In this document: positions 52,458-64,000 of the stretch, one piece after another
How positions within the stretch are numbered: position 1 is the stretch's first letter
Layout: every line of letters begins with the position of its first letter
Assembly: GCA_964016885.1 (NCBI GenBank)
Contig: OZ024744.1
Span: 34,658,001-34,722,000, forward strand
Source of the DNA: Eledone cirrhosa
Taxonomy: Eukaryota
DNA: 64,000 nucleotides
Direction: 5' to 3'
The notes under the pieces: generated by a model
What the model saw: the letters and a program-made list of their open reading frames with translations, nothing else
Databases searched by the model: none
Told to the model about the DNA's origin: nothing
Made by a program: the position numbers and the translations under genes

Positions 52458-54580
52458 AATTTTTTTTATTAGCCACACAGGGTTCACATTAAGGAAACAT
52501 TAAAGACGATACAGGATGATACAGTGTGCGTTTTTCTTCGTGAAAATAAGATTTATAAAAGAGACTAAGAAAATAAACATTTAAAACAAACATAACAACT
52601 TCCCTCAAAGTTGAGGAGAGTCTAACGGTCACTTGTGTAGAAATCCCACAAAAGCCACGGTCAACCTGGCCGCTAGGACAAAGTCCCCTCTCCCAGTTTT
52701 TCTACTCCAATCACACGGACCATACTCGCCACTCTCACCCACCTTTGAACAAACTGGTTGGAAGGCACCACTTCTCTCTCCACCTTGATTTTCCTCTTCA
52801 AGTGAAGTCTGAAAAAGTTAATCAGGGCTTCGCTAAAGAGGAAGATGGCTGTCTTCAACCCTTTCAAACGTGTCCACCACACGACCTCTTTCGCCATGGC
52901 CACCAGGCAGATGAAAACTGCCTATCTTTCCCTTCTACAAGAGGACAGCGGAGCGATCTTCACTATGGACTCAGTTGATAGTCGGATCCGCCCTACATGT
53001 GACAGCAGGTGTTTGACATAAACCCACAAGTCAGCAATATTCGGACACTCGATGAGTGCGTGCAGAAGTGCTTCGTCGCCCTGCGTGGACAATCCTGATT
53101 GACGGCACTTCCATGCCTGTATAGTTTATCCTGAACTGGCAAAGTTCCTCGGTAGCACTGCTATGCAAGGGATTTCTGGAAATTGTCCATGGGCTCTGGC
53201 CCAAAAATTCTCCCGAACAGATTGGCTAGTTGATTTTCATCGACACCCAGAGTCTCCTCAAGGACGTCGTCGCTGTGCAATGCAGCGATCCAGCTCCTGA
53301 AAACTGCTCCAAAGGGCTGCTTTGAGGACGGCTGCAAGATAGCGATGGTCGACCTTATCGAAGGCTTTTGATCTAAATTAATCAGAGCCCCACCCGTGCC
53401 AGGTTCCTTAGACACCCTCTCTATGATATATCGTATAAGGTGGAGGTTGTTGTGGATGGACCTGTCCCGAATGGTGTATGTTGCCCCCCTACATTATCAC
53501 CGACGACAAGCGCCATCTCGTTGCTAATACTTTGGCCAAAATTTTTAATTCTGCTGTTAACAGAATTATGGGCCTGAAATTGTCTATATGGTCGCCCTTG
53601 TTCGGGTATTTTCTCAGCAGCGCTACCACCCATCGACTCACAGAACTGGGAATTCTCCCGTTCTTCTGCCAATTGGCGTAGACATCCATTAAGTGTCACC
53701 GAACAAGTCTGGCATGTTTGTGTAAAGCTCGTATAGCAGACCATCTAAGCCAGGCGATTTTCCTCTCGTGCAGCTTGTCATTGCGTCCCATATTTCCTCG
53801 GCTGTTATCGGTTTTCAACCGTGGTAGGCCATTGAGGTAGGCTTTGAAATCCATCCCTCGGTCCGACCTGCCACTGCTCCCGAACATTTGAACGAAGTGT
53901 TGCTGAAAGACCTCGTACATCTGCTTGGGATCAAGTACCATGCACCCGTCGTGGTCCTCCAAAGACCGGATTGTGGATTTGTTGCCACGCCCCGCCCGCA
54001 CCACTCGGGGCCATTGAATGGTTTTCGTCCCCTCGTGTCTAAGATCACGCGCTTTTACTCTGACAATGCAGTTTTCGTGCTTAGCATTGAAGACTTGGTC
54101 GAGGGCCAATTTCGCCGCGAGCAGGTTGGCTGTGATGCTTTAAGTAAGTGCCTTTTCTAGTTTTCTAACTAGATATCCCTCTACTCAATCATTTCAGCCT
54201 TACTAAATCTTATCGATTCTGCTCTAATAGCCTTTTTTATGAGGCCTATCTAGATTGTTTATGAAGCCTATATAGATTGACCACACAGTATACAGATTTT
54301 GAGGGAAAGACGGTTGTTCCGTCCTCTTTGTCAAATGTGAGTTTGTTTGCAAGTATATCCTTCTTAAGAATCTCCTTCGGTATTCACCAATTGCTTCGGC
54401 GAATTTTGTTTTTAAATTCGCGTACGTTTTTTTTTTATCTATGTTTATAATTTTTATGTGTGTGGGTGGTGTGAATTTTTTGGGTGTTATATGATGCATT
54501 TCTGAAATGCTTGTGTTATGTTGTATGTTATCGATTACATTTTGGTTGTTCAGGTGTATTGCTGTGTAGTGTGTGCAGGG
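52458..54580 (-). mobile_element. decayed, internally deleted Tx1 (TAA-associated lineage)
   Basis: NFRPIILL..KILAKVLA, GGALINLDQ, KEVVWWTRLKGL; 3' end next to TAATAATAAT. Confidence 0.8.
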
Positions 54581-54582
54581 TG

Positions 54583-54836
54583 GAGATGCTACTAACTGCT
54601 TTAATACAAATCTTGAGAAGCTAGGCTTCACAGGACCAGTAGGATTAGTTAGGAAGTGGCAAGTGCAGGCCATCAATAGAAGTGTAACAATATATGAAAT
54701 TTCAGAAATTCAGCATGTAATAACTACATATACACATGTATAGATACAGACACATACATGTGTACACATATAACTCCAAACACAGAGATCCACACATGCA
54801 ATAACACCTATATCTGCACTCACACCCACAAACACA
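54583..54836 (+). mobile_element. 3' fragment of the (CATA)n-associated RLE family
   Basis: homologous to 59655-59900; followed by (CATA)n 54837-55009. Confidence 0.75.
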
Positions 54837-55009
54837 TGCATACATACATACATACATACATACATACATACATACATACATACATACATGCATACATACA
54901 TACATACATACATACATACATACATACATACATACATACATACATACATACATGCATACATACATACATACATACATACATACATACATACATACATACA
55001 TACATACAT

Positions 55010-55100
55010 GATGGCTGCCCCCTCGTTATCTAGTATGGCCATTGCACGAGAAGAAAAAATAAATAAAATAAAATAAAAAATAAAAAATAAAATAAAATAA

Positions 55101-55136
<36 letters not shown>

Positions 55137-55151
55137 AAAAATAAAAAAAAG

Positions 55152-55202
<51 letters not shown>

Positions 55203-55259
55203 CATATATACATACACACATACATACACATACACACACACATATACACACACACACAT

Positions 55260-55325
<66 letters not shown>

Positions 55326-56275
55326 GCAATAATAATAATAACGACAACAACAATAATAATATACATATTCATATATATATACACACACACGCACGCACAT
55401 AAGCATATCTACACACACACACACACACACACGATAACAACTAACAGTGCTGCGATCGAATGTGGCTTTTTAGCCCAGCCAATGATCTAAAATGTCTTGC
55501 ACAGAGTCGGCAACCAAAACATTCACTGGGAATAGTCGGCTGTGGTTGGAGTTCGTGTACTTTTGCATGTCGCTTGAGCCCTCCTGCTGATTTACATTCT
55601 CAACCACATGTTTGGCAAGCATGATGAGTAGCATCTCCAACAGCAGCCTGGTAGTCAACCACTGGTCTTACTTTATGACTGCGAAGATGACTTTCGAGTC
55701 CAGCTTTGCTTAGGCAGAGTCTCGCACAGACGCTGCATGTCAGCACCATAGGAGGACCCTCGCCGTCTGGAAGTGCAACAGCAATGCCCTTCCTCACATC
55801 CCGCTTTACTTTCTCGTGTGCGATTCGAGATGCCTGAAAGGCAACCTTTCCCTCATATACAGTCTTTCTCCATTTATTACGATCAGCAGCAATATTTTCC
55901 CATGTATCAGCAGAGATGTTAGCGTCTTTCAGAGAGGCTTTCAAGGAATCCTTATACCTCTTTTTTGGTTTATGTGGCGGTCGTTTTCCTTTAACCAACT
56001 CTCCATAGAAGAGTTGTTTTGGTATTCTAAAATCCTTCATCCTGGCAAGGTGACCACTCCAACGGAGTCGTTGCTTAAGCACAAGAGCTTCTATACTGTC
56101 ACACATAGAGCTTTCCAAAATCTCGACATCACTGATGTGGTCCCTCCAGTGAACGCCATGGATCCGTCTGAGACACATCTGATGGAAACGCTCCAATTGC
56201 TTAAGGTGGTGTCGATATGTGACCCAGGTCTCGCAGGCATAAAGAAGACAAGAGAGTACACATGCCCTGTACACC

Positions 56276-56278
<3 letters not shown>
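55010..56278 (-). mobile_element. RTE-clade LINE, 5'-truncated, C2H2-finger tail
   Basis: KVYRACVLSCLLYACETW, RLRWSGH, RIPKQLFYGEL; (CATA)n on both sides. Confidence 0.92.
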
Positions 56279-56307
<29 letters not shown>

Positions 56308-56345
56308 CATACATACATACATACATACATACATACATACATACA

Positions 56346-59300
56346 GGGACGAAATGCACCCAGAGCTAAATTATTTCACAGCGAAACAATTACGCCAACA
56401 AGCGACGTTTGTTGAACGTAAAAATAAGATCAATATTATTAATTGTAAGTCCCCCACAACAAACATGGAATCAACAACACGTGCTACTGATCGCCATGCT
56501 ACTAGACTTCCTAGCAGCCAGGTCGGACAGCGCCTTGAAACAACTATGCCTGTAAGAAACTTGACACCACCTGTACCATCTAAGCCTACCTCGAATGCTG
56601 GGGAAAACACTATCGATAATAATAATAATCGAAGAAATAATAATAATAATAATCGAATAAATGTGACACCACGTATACCATCCGAGTCTACCTCGACTGT
56701 TGTGGAAAATAATATCGATAATGATAATCAAAAGTATAAACAATTGAAAATTTCCCTCAACGAAATCTTCCAGAGAGAAATTAACTCATGTATAAATATC
56801 TCTCTGGCTGAACGTGTTAAAATGACAATGGTGAATAAAAACCCAAATAATGAAATACTACGTGTTATTGACGAAATAGGGGATGAATATTTACGACGGA
56901 TAAAAACCCTAACATTTTGGCAAATCAACGCCTGTTTATATGTCTTAGCAATGACAGTGACGCATTATCTTGGTGATAGCAGAGATATTAACAAGAACAA
57001 AACACCACCAAAAATACCATCATATATAACTAAAATAGAAAAAAGAGTGCCGACCTACGAAAAAACAGGACATGTGACAATGCTTCTTACATGCAAACAA
57101 ACACAAAAAAACCTCACTCCTCACCAACAAAGAGTGAAAAATAAAATAGAGACAATGTTTGGTAACAGTAGAACCGAAACTCTCCAATATAAGCTGATCA
57201 CTCTCAAAAAAGAATTGAGAGCTGTTAGTGAAAATCGCCGATACCTGAAACAGGTAGATGATAGAAAAGTGCTTTATAAAAGATTCAGACGAAACCAAAC
57301 ATCAGTCTATAGAGATATGAAGGGCAAAATAATAAGTGTCACTGAGGCCCCATCGCAGAAAGACATAGATTCCTTTTGGAGAAAAATATGGGGTGAAAAG
57401 AAGAATTTCAACCACATGCTGTGTGGCTAAGAGAAATCCGAAAGAACTATTGATCCTACACTACAACAAAAACATACGAAATAAGTGAGGGTACCCTTGA
57501 GACTGTGATAGGAAAACACCAAGATAAGAAAACATCAGGAAGAGACATGATTGTCGGCTACTGGTACAAATAACTGATATTCTATCGGAGGTATCTTACT
57601 GACTTCTACCAACAAGTTCTTAAGGGAGATACACTTATACCAGAATGGTTGACATTAGCACAAACGTTACTGGTCCCCAAGAACAAAGACACCCACTTGG
57701 CAAAAGACTACCGACCCATTGCATGCCAGAACCTGATGTATAAGATGTATACAGCCTACCTGAACCTATTCCTCCAAGATCACTGTGAAAATAATAACAT
57801 CATCACAGATGAACAAGCAGCTGGAAAGAAAGGGGTTTGGGGAAGTGCTGAACAACTCCTAATCAACAAAACTGCGATGTCGGAGGTGCGACAACTTAGG
57901 AGGAATATGGCTACAGTCAGGCTGGACTACAAGAAAGCTTTCGATTCAGTTCCCCACTCTTGGATGATAGAGGCGCTCCAACTTGCTAAAGTCCCACACA
58001 TTATTGTCAGAGCCATAGAGAGGCTGTCTTCTTCTTGGGCTACTATCCTAAGGTTAAAGACAGAGAGGGAGGACTCTATTTTCACTGATAAAATAAAATA
58101 TTGCAGGGGTATATTTCAGGGGGACAGTCTCTCTCTGATATTGTTCATCTTGTCATTAAACCCCTTGTACTTTCTGCTCAAGAAATGTGAGGGATACATC
58201 ATTGGCTCACAGGAGGACAGAAATACGAACCTAACCCATAATTTCTTTGTGGAGGATCTGAAACTCTATGCCAAGAACATGGATGGGATGAAGAAAAATC
58301 TTGACTTGGTTACAACGTTCTCAAAGGATATAGGAATGGAGTTTGGCTAAGATAAATGCTCATATATGACTGTAAAGCGGGGAAAACAACAACCCAATCT
58401 AGCAACATTGTCATGAATGGTCTAACTGTTTCACCGATATCTGATGAGGAATGCTACAGATAACTGGGGATAGATGAGAACATATCCTGTAATGGTATCT
58501 GTAATAAAGAACGCGTACACCCGATTAAGAAAGATCTGGTCATCGGAACTCTCTGCGCAAAACAAAACAGTTGCTCACAATGTGTTTGCTGTGTCTGTCC
58601 TAACACCAACGTTTGGAATACTCAATTGGACGATAGACGAAATCCGAGCAGTTGATGTTGGAACTCGAAAAGTACTGAACAACACCAGAAACTTCCACAT
58701 CAACAATGACATAGACCGCCTTTACTTGAAACGTAAGCAGGGAGGCAGAGGCCTAACATCAGTCCAGACAGCATTTGAATGTCGCATCATATCTCTCCGA
58801 CAGCATCTACGAACCTCGAAGCGTAGGAGCCCGTTTCTCGAGCAAGTCTATCTGCATGAAACAGATAAGATCATGAGAGTTGGGAAGGAACTCATTGAAA
58901 GATATTCCCTGTGTGATAATCAAAAACTCACATCCAGGGATGTCGCTCAGTAGTATCGCAGTGAATCCATGGATGAAAGACTGCATGCCTATCAGCAATA
59001 AATCATGCATGGATACGTTGCCAGCAAGCTCCAGAGTGAGAGTAATATAGATAAGGAAAGTAGTCTGTCTTGGGCCAACAACTGCTATATTGGCTCCCAC
59101 TTTGAAGGATACGCTTTTGCAATCCAGGAACAGGAGATTAACACGAAATACCTGATTCACAAAAGAGATAGGGATGCAGGCAAAACACCTAGATGTGACA
59201 ACAAGTGCAGACTCTGCAGAATTAACATCGAGGATATCACCCATGTCATAAGCAGCTGTCCAAAGATGTCATCGCGGTACTATCTACCTATGAGGCATAA

Positions 59301-60020
59301 TGTAGTGGCCAAAACACTGTACAATGCAGTTCGTATAAAGATAGCCCCGATAATAAACACATTAAAAGCTACAACAATGTGGAAGACATCCATGTACATA
59401 ATATGAAAGAGTACTCGTGGAATATTCCAGTAAAAACCCCCAATGAAATGCAGGCATAACAGACCAGATATTATGATATGGGACAGGGAGAAGAAAACAT
59501 GCACAGTAGTGGAAATTAGCTGCCCAGCAGATGCCAATATAATATCAAAGATTAGTGAAAAGGAGAATATTTATCCAGAACTGATGAGAAATCTGCAGAT
59601 ACTCCACCCTGATTACGCCTGCAGATTTATGCCTGTGATTATTGGGGCACTAGGATATGTTAGTAACTGCCTCAATACAAATCTTGAGAAGCTGGGCTTC
59701 ACAGGAACAGAAAGAACACAACTAGTTAGGAAATTACAAGTACAATCCATTAATGGAACAGTAAAAATATGTAAAACATTCCAAACATTTTGCATCTAAT
59801 TGCATATACACATGTACAGATACAAAGCATATACACATGCACACATACAACTCAAAACATCCACATCCACACATACAATAACATCCATATCTACACATGC
59901 ATGCATACATACATATCTACCTAGTTGATGTGTAAATTCCAATGAGAGAGTCTTGTGTCTATGTTAGAAACCGACTCTCTCTCTATTGGTAAAACTTTGT
60001 GAAATTATAAAACCAGAAGA
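56346..60020 (+). mobile_element. R4/Dong-like RLE retrotransposon, near full length, decayed
   Basis: YRPIAC, DYKKAFDSVPH, GIFQGDSLS, FVEDLK, CRLC..EDITHVISSC, RHN, RPDIMIWD..VEISCP; (CATA)n on both sides. Confidence 0.92.
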
Positions 60021-60126
60021 ACATACATACATACATACATACATACATACATACATACATACATACATACATACATACATACATACATACATACATACAT
60101 ACATACATACATACATACATACATAC

Positions 60127-60600
60127 ACGATGGGATAGCTAGAACCATCTGGAACGCACATCGGAAAACAAAATTAAAAACAAATGAGGAAGAATATATT
60201 GAGACAGATGGCACTAAAGAATACTGGTGGAATCTGAAAATAAAAACTGCCACCAAATTAAAGCACAACCGGTCTGATATTGTGGTTTGGGACCACACAT
60301 TGAAAACGTGTTCTGTTGTGGAGATCAGTTGCCCACTTGATGTAAACGTTCTCAGAAAAATACAGGAGAAGGAGGACATTTACGGACCATTGATGAGAAG
60401 TTTACAGATCCAGTATCCAAGAGACACCTTTAGCTTCTTACCCATCATTATTGGAGCTACGGGTAATTGCTGGCCTTGTGCCAAAAGTAGAAACAATTAT
60501 TGGAGCTATGGGTTATATACCAACCCGCTTGGACCAATGTATAACTGAACTTGGATTTACGGACAAAGAGCGCAGCTCCCTAATCCATAGTCTACAAATG
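60127..60600 (+). mobile_element. diverged RLE 3' fragment with a ~33-bp SINE tail insertion
   Basis: HNRSDIVVWD..VEISCP; direct repeat ATTATTGGAGCTAYGGG at ~60446 and ~60495. Confidence 0.8.
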
Positions 60601-60872
60601 GGTTGCAGGTGTTATATCAGAGTTTTCCTTCTCCTAGAATTCTGCCTTGACAAAGGCTAAGGGGTCATCTCTCCCGGTGATTTGGATTGCCATTAACTCT
60701 TAAGACCTCCTTTGCCCTTTGACAGGTTTTGTTTTTAGTCCTGCAGGATGTCCAAAGTCACCCTCCACACCAAGAAACCTTGGTGGGGTTGCCAGTTTAG
60801 TCGCCAACGACCCGACCATGAGACGGGTTGTACTGGGATACATGTTACCAGTAGCACCAACTGGTGACCTGA
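60600..60872 (-). mobile_element. LINE (RTE-like) 5'UTR fragment starting at (TATG)n
   Basis: homologous to 33390-33520; TAGGAGAAGGAAAACTCTGA motif resembles RTE 5'UTRs (recognised from memory). Confidence 0.55.
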
Positions 60873-61007
60873 CATATATACACACATACATACATACACA
60901 CATACATACATACATACACACATACATACATACATACATGCACACATACATACATACATACATACATACATACATACATACATACATACATACATACATA
61001 CATACAT

Positions 61008-61100
61008 GATGGCTGCCCCCTCCTTATCGAGTATGGCCATTGCACGAGGAGAGAAAAAAAAATTAATAAATAAATTTAAAAATTAAAAAATTAAAAAAAG

Positions 61101-61165
<65 letters not shown>

Positions 61166-61209
61166 CACACATACATACACATACACACACACACGCATAC
61201 ATTAATAAC

Positions 61210-61259
<50 letters not shown>

Positions 61260-64000
61260 CAATAATAATATACATATACATATATATATACACATACACG
61301 CACACACATAAGCATATCTATACACACACACACACACACACGATAGCAACTAACAGCGCTGCGATCGAATGTGGCTTTTTAGCCCAGCCAATGATCTAAA
61401 ATGTCTTGCACAGAGTCGGCAACCAAAACATTCACTGGGAATAGTCGGCTGTGGTTGGAGTTCATGTACTTTTGCATGTCGCTTGAGCCCTCCTGCTGAT
61501 TTGCATTCTCTACCACATGTTTGACAAGCATGATGAGTAGTATCTCCAACAGCAGCCTGGTAGTCAACCACTGGTCTTACTTTATGACTGCGAAGATGAC
61601 TTTCGAGTCCAGCTTTGCTTAGGCAGAGTCTCGCACAGACGCTGCATGTCAGCACCATAGGAGGACCCTCGCCGTCTGGAAGTGCAACAGCAATGCCCTT
61701 CCTCACATCCCGCTTTACTTTCTCGTATGCGATTCGAGATGCCTCAAAGGCAACTTTTCCCTCATATACAGTCTTTCTCCATTTATTACGATCAGCAGCA
61801 TAATTTTCCCATGTATCAGCAGAGATGTTAGCGTCTTTCAGAGAGGCTTTCAAGGAATCCTTATACCTCTTTTTTGGTTTATGTGGCGGTCGTTTTCCTT
61901 TAACCAACTCTCCATAAAAGAGTTGTTTTGGTATTCTAGAATCCTTCATCCTGGCAAGGTGACCACTCCAACGGAGTCGTTGCTTAAGCTCAAGAGCTTC
62001 TATACTGTCACACATAGAGCTTCCCAAAATCTCGACATCACTGATGTGGTCTCTCCAGTGAACGCTATGGATCCGTCTGAGACACATCCAATTGCTTAAG
62101 GTGGTGTCGATATGTGACCCAGGTCTCGCAGGCATAAAGAAGACAAGAGAGCACACATGCCTGTACACCTTTACCTTTGTCCTCCTACATATGTCTCGCC
62201 GACGCCAGAGTCGCCTTTCTAGCTTTCCGAAAGCATCACTAAGTGAGATTTCACTGTCATGGTTGCTGTATCGATTGACAGTGCTTCCCAGGTAGACAAA
62301 CTGATCAACCACTCCAAGTCGTTTGCCATACACATAGATGTTTGGTTCAGTGTACTGCTTACTAGGGGGCAGGTTGGTACATGACGACGGTTTTCTTGAG
62401 ACTGACAGTCAATCCTAGGGCAGTGCAAGCGTCAGAAAATGCATTGAAAATGTGCTGCATATCACTCTCTGTGTGCGCTACAAGATCGCAATCATCTGCA
62501 TACAAGAGGTCTCTTATGATTGATGTAAATACTTTTGTCTTCGCAGCAAAGCGCCTGATGTTAAATATGCTGCCTGAGGTTCGATATCGGGTGTAAACAC
62601 CATGCTCGCAATTCCCGAATGCAATACAGAAAACCATTGCAAAGTATATGGCAAACAGGGTCGGTGCTGGAATTTCCCCCTGTTTCACTCCATTTATTAC
62701 TGAGATAGGCTCCGACATGTTACCTCCGACATTAACCCAAGCCTTCATGTCGTCATGGAAAGACCTAACTAAAGCAAGAAACTTATCAGGGCAACCAAGT
62801 TTCTGGGGAACCTTCCATAATGCATCTCTGTTAACAGTATCGAAAGCTTTTGTCAGATCGACAAAAACCTGATACAGATCCAAGCCTTGTTCCATGCACT
62901 TCTCCTGGAGCTGTCCAGCTGAGAAGATCATATCAGTAGTGCCGCGTCCAGCACGAAAACCAGATTGACTTTCAGGAAGAAAACAATCTGCAATGTGTGT
63001 CAGCAGACGGTCCAGAAGCACCTTACATAAACATTTCCCTACGACAGAAAGCAATGATATACCTCTGTAGTTCCCACAATCATTCCTGTTACCCTTTCCC
63101 TTGTACAAGACCACCATTACTGCATCTCTCCAGTCCTCAGGTACGGATTCATTAGCTCATATCCTGCCAAACAAAGAGTGAAGATGTTGCAGGAGTCTCT
63201 CACCACCATATTGTAGGAGCTCAGCATGTATGCCACCCATACCTGGAGACCTTCCACTGTTCAGCTTCGAGATAGCCACTGCAACCTCTACAAGCGTCGG
63301 AGGTTTCTGCGAGAGCTACTTTCACAGGACTTTCTGGAATGAGATTAAGGAAATCTTCACTGACGACAGACAGCTGATTCAAAAGATCATGAAAGTGCTC
63401 TCGCCACCTTCGTAGAATTCCTTGTGAGTCACGAAGAAGTTCTTTGCCATCCTTGCTGCGAAGCGGTGTCACCAAAGAAGAAGACGGTCCATAAACCTCA
63501 CGCAAGAGACTGTACAACAGCTTTGTGTTATTGGAATCTGACGCAGTTTGTATCTCACCAGCCTTCTCACTCCACCACTGATCCTTCATCTGAGAAAGAC
63601 TCCGCCTAACACGTGATTTTACATCCCTGAGTTCCTCATGCAACGTATTCCTCTCCTGTGGTTTTGCCGTCAAGTAGCGTGACAGAGCACGCCTCTTATC
63701 AGCCAAAAAGTCTTCTATATGTACATCATTCTCATTAAACCAGTCCTGATGTTTTCTCTGCACCAATCCCAGAACACGCCTGCCTACATCATAAACCGAC
63801 TTTTTAAGGGTCGGCCAATCCTCACCAAGATCTGCAGCCTGCATCTCTTCTTCCAATGTCCTCTTCACATTTTTATCCTTAAGACGAGCAGCATTCAATC
63901 TTTTGAGCCCTGATTTTACGTTTAGTGATTAGTTTCACTTTTGCGCGTACCAGGCGGTGGTCCGTCCAGCACTCAGCTCCACGAAGAGCACGAACACACT
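61008..64000 (-). mobile_element. RTE-clade LINE (RT + three C2H2-like fingers), frameshifted, continues beyond the window
   Basis: NYRGISLL, QSGFR, FVDLTKAFD, GVKQG, LLYADD, FVYLGS; APE end (CWTDHRLV) near 63950; (ATGT)n tail. Confidence 0.93.

Noticed and set aside
60785-60872. HDV-like ribozyme at the RTE-like 5'UTR (CUAA-ACUGG)
   Set aside because: Hairpins present, but I could not build P3/L3 and P1 consistently

Overview
Eukaryotic, gene-free, repeat-saturated window. The tRNA-derived SINE family and the very high microsatellite load resemble octopod cephalopod genomes (inference). No host gene is supported. Almost everything is a transposable element sitting in a microsatellite: Tx1/L1-type LINEs (one near full length, stacked head-to-tail in (GATA)n; a second lineage in (TAA)n), R4/Dong-type RLE LINEs (one family in (TAA)n, one in (CATA)n), RTE LINEs, a C-rich Penelope-like element (PLE) with a C-terminal GIY-YIG domain, an internally deleted Ingi-like element, a mariner, non-autonomous Helitrons and many SINEs. 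The least expected layer is non-coding. I folded by eye about 10 complete type I hammerhead ribozyme cores from at least 8 unrelated sequence families, including U3-A8, U10.1-U11.1 and a recurrent GACA (A14C) variant. Most lie in or beside short fold-back palindromes inside (TA)n or (TATG)n tracts. There is also an HDV-like ribozyme candidate with an enlarged L3 at the 5' end of the Ingi-like element, followed by a 2A-like peptide. Boundaries were read by eye and may be off by a few bases; ribozyme activity is untested.
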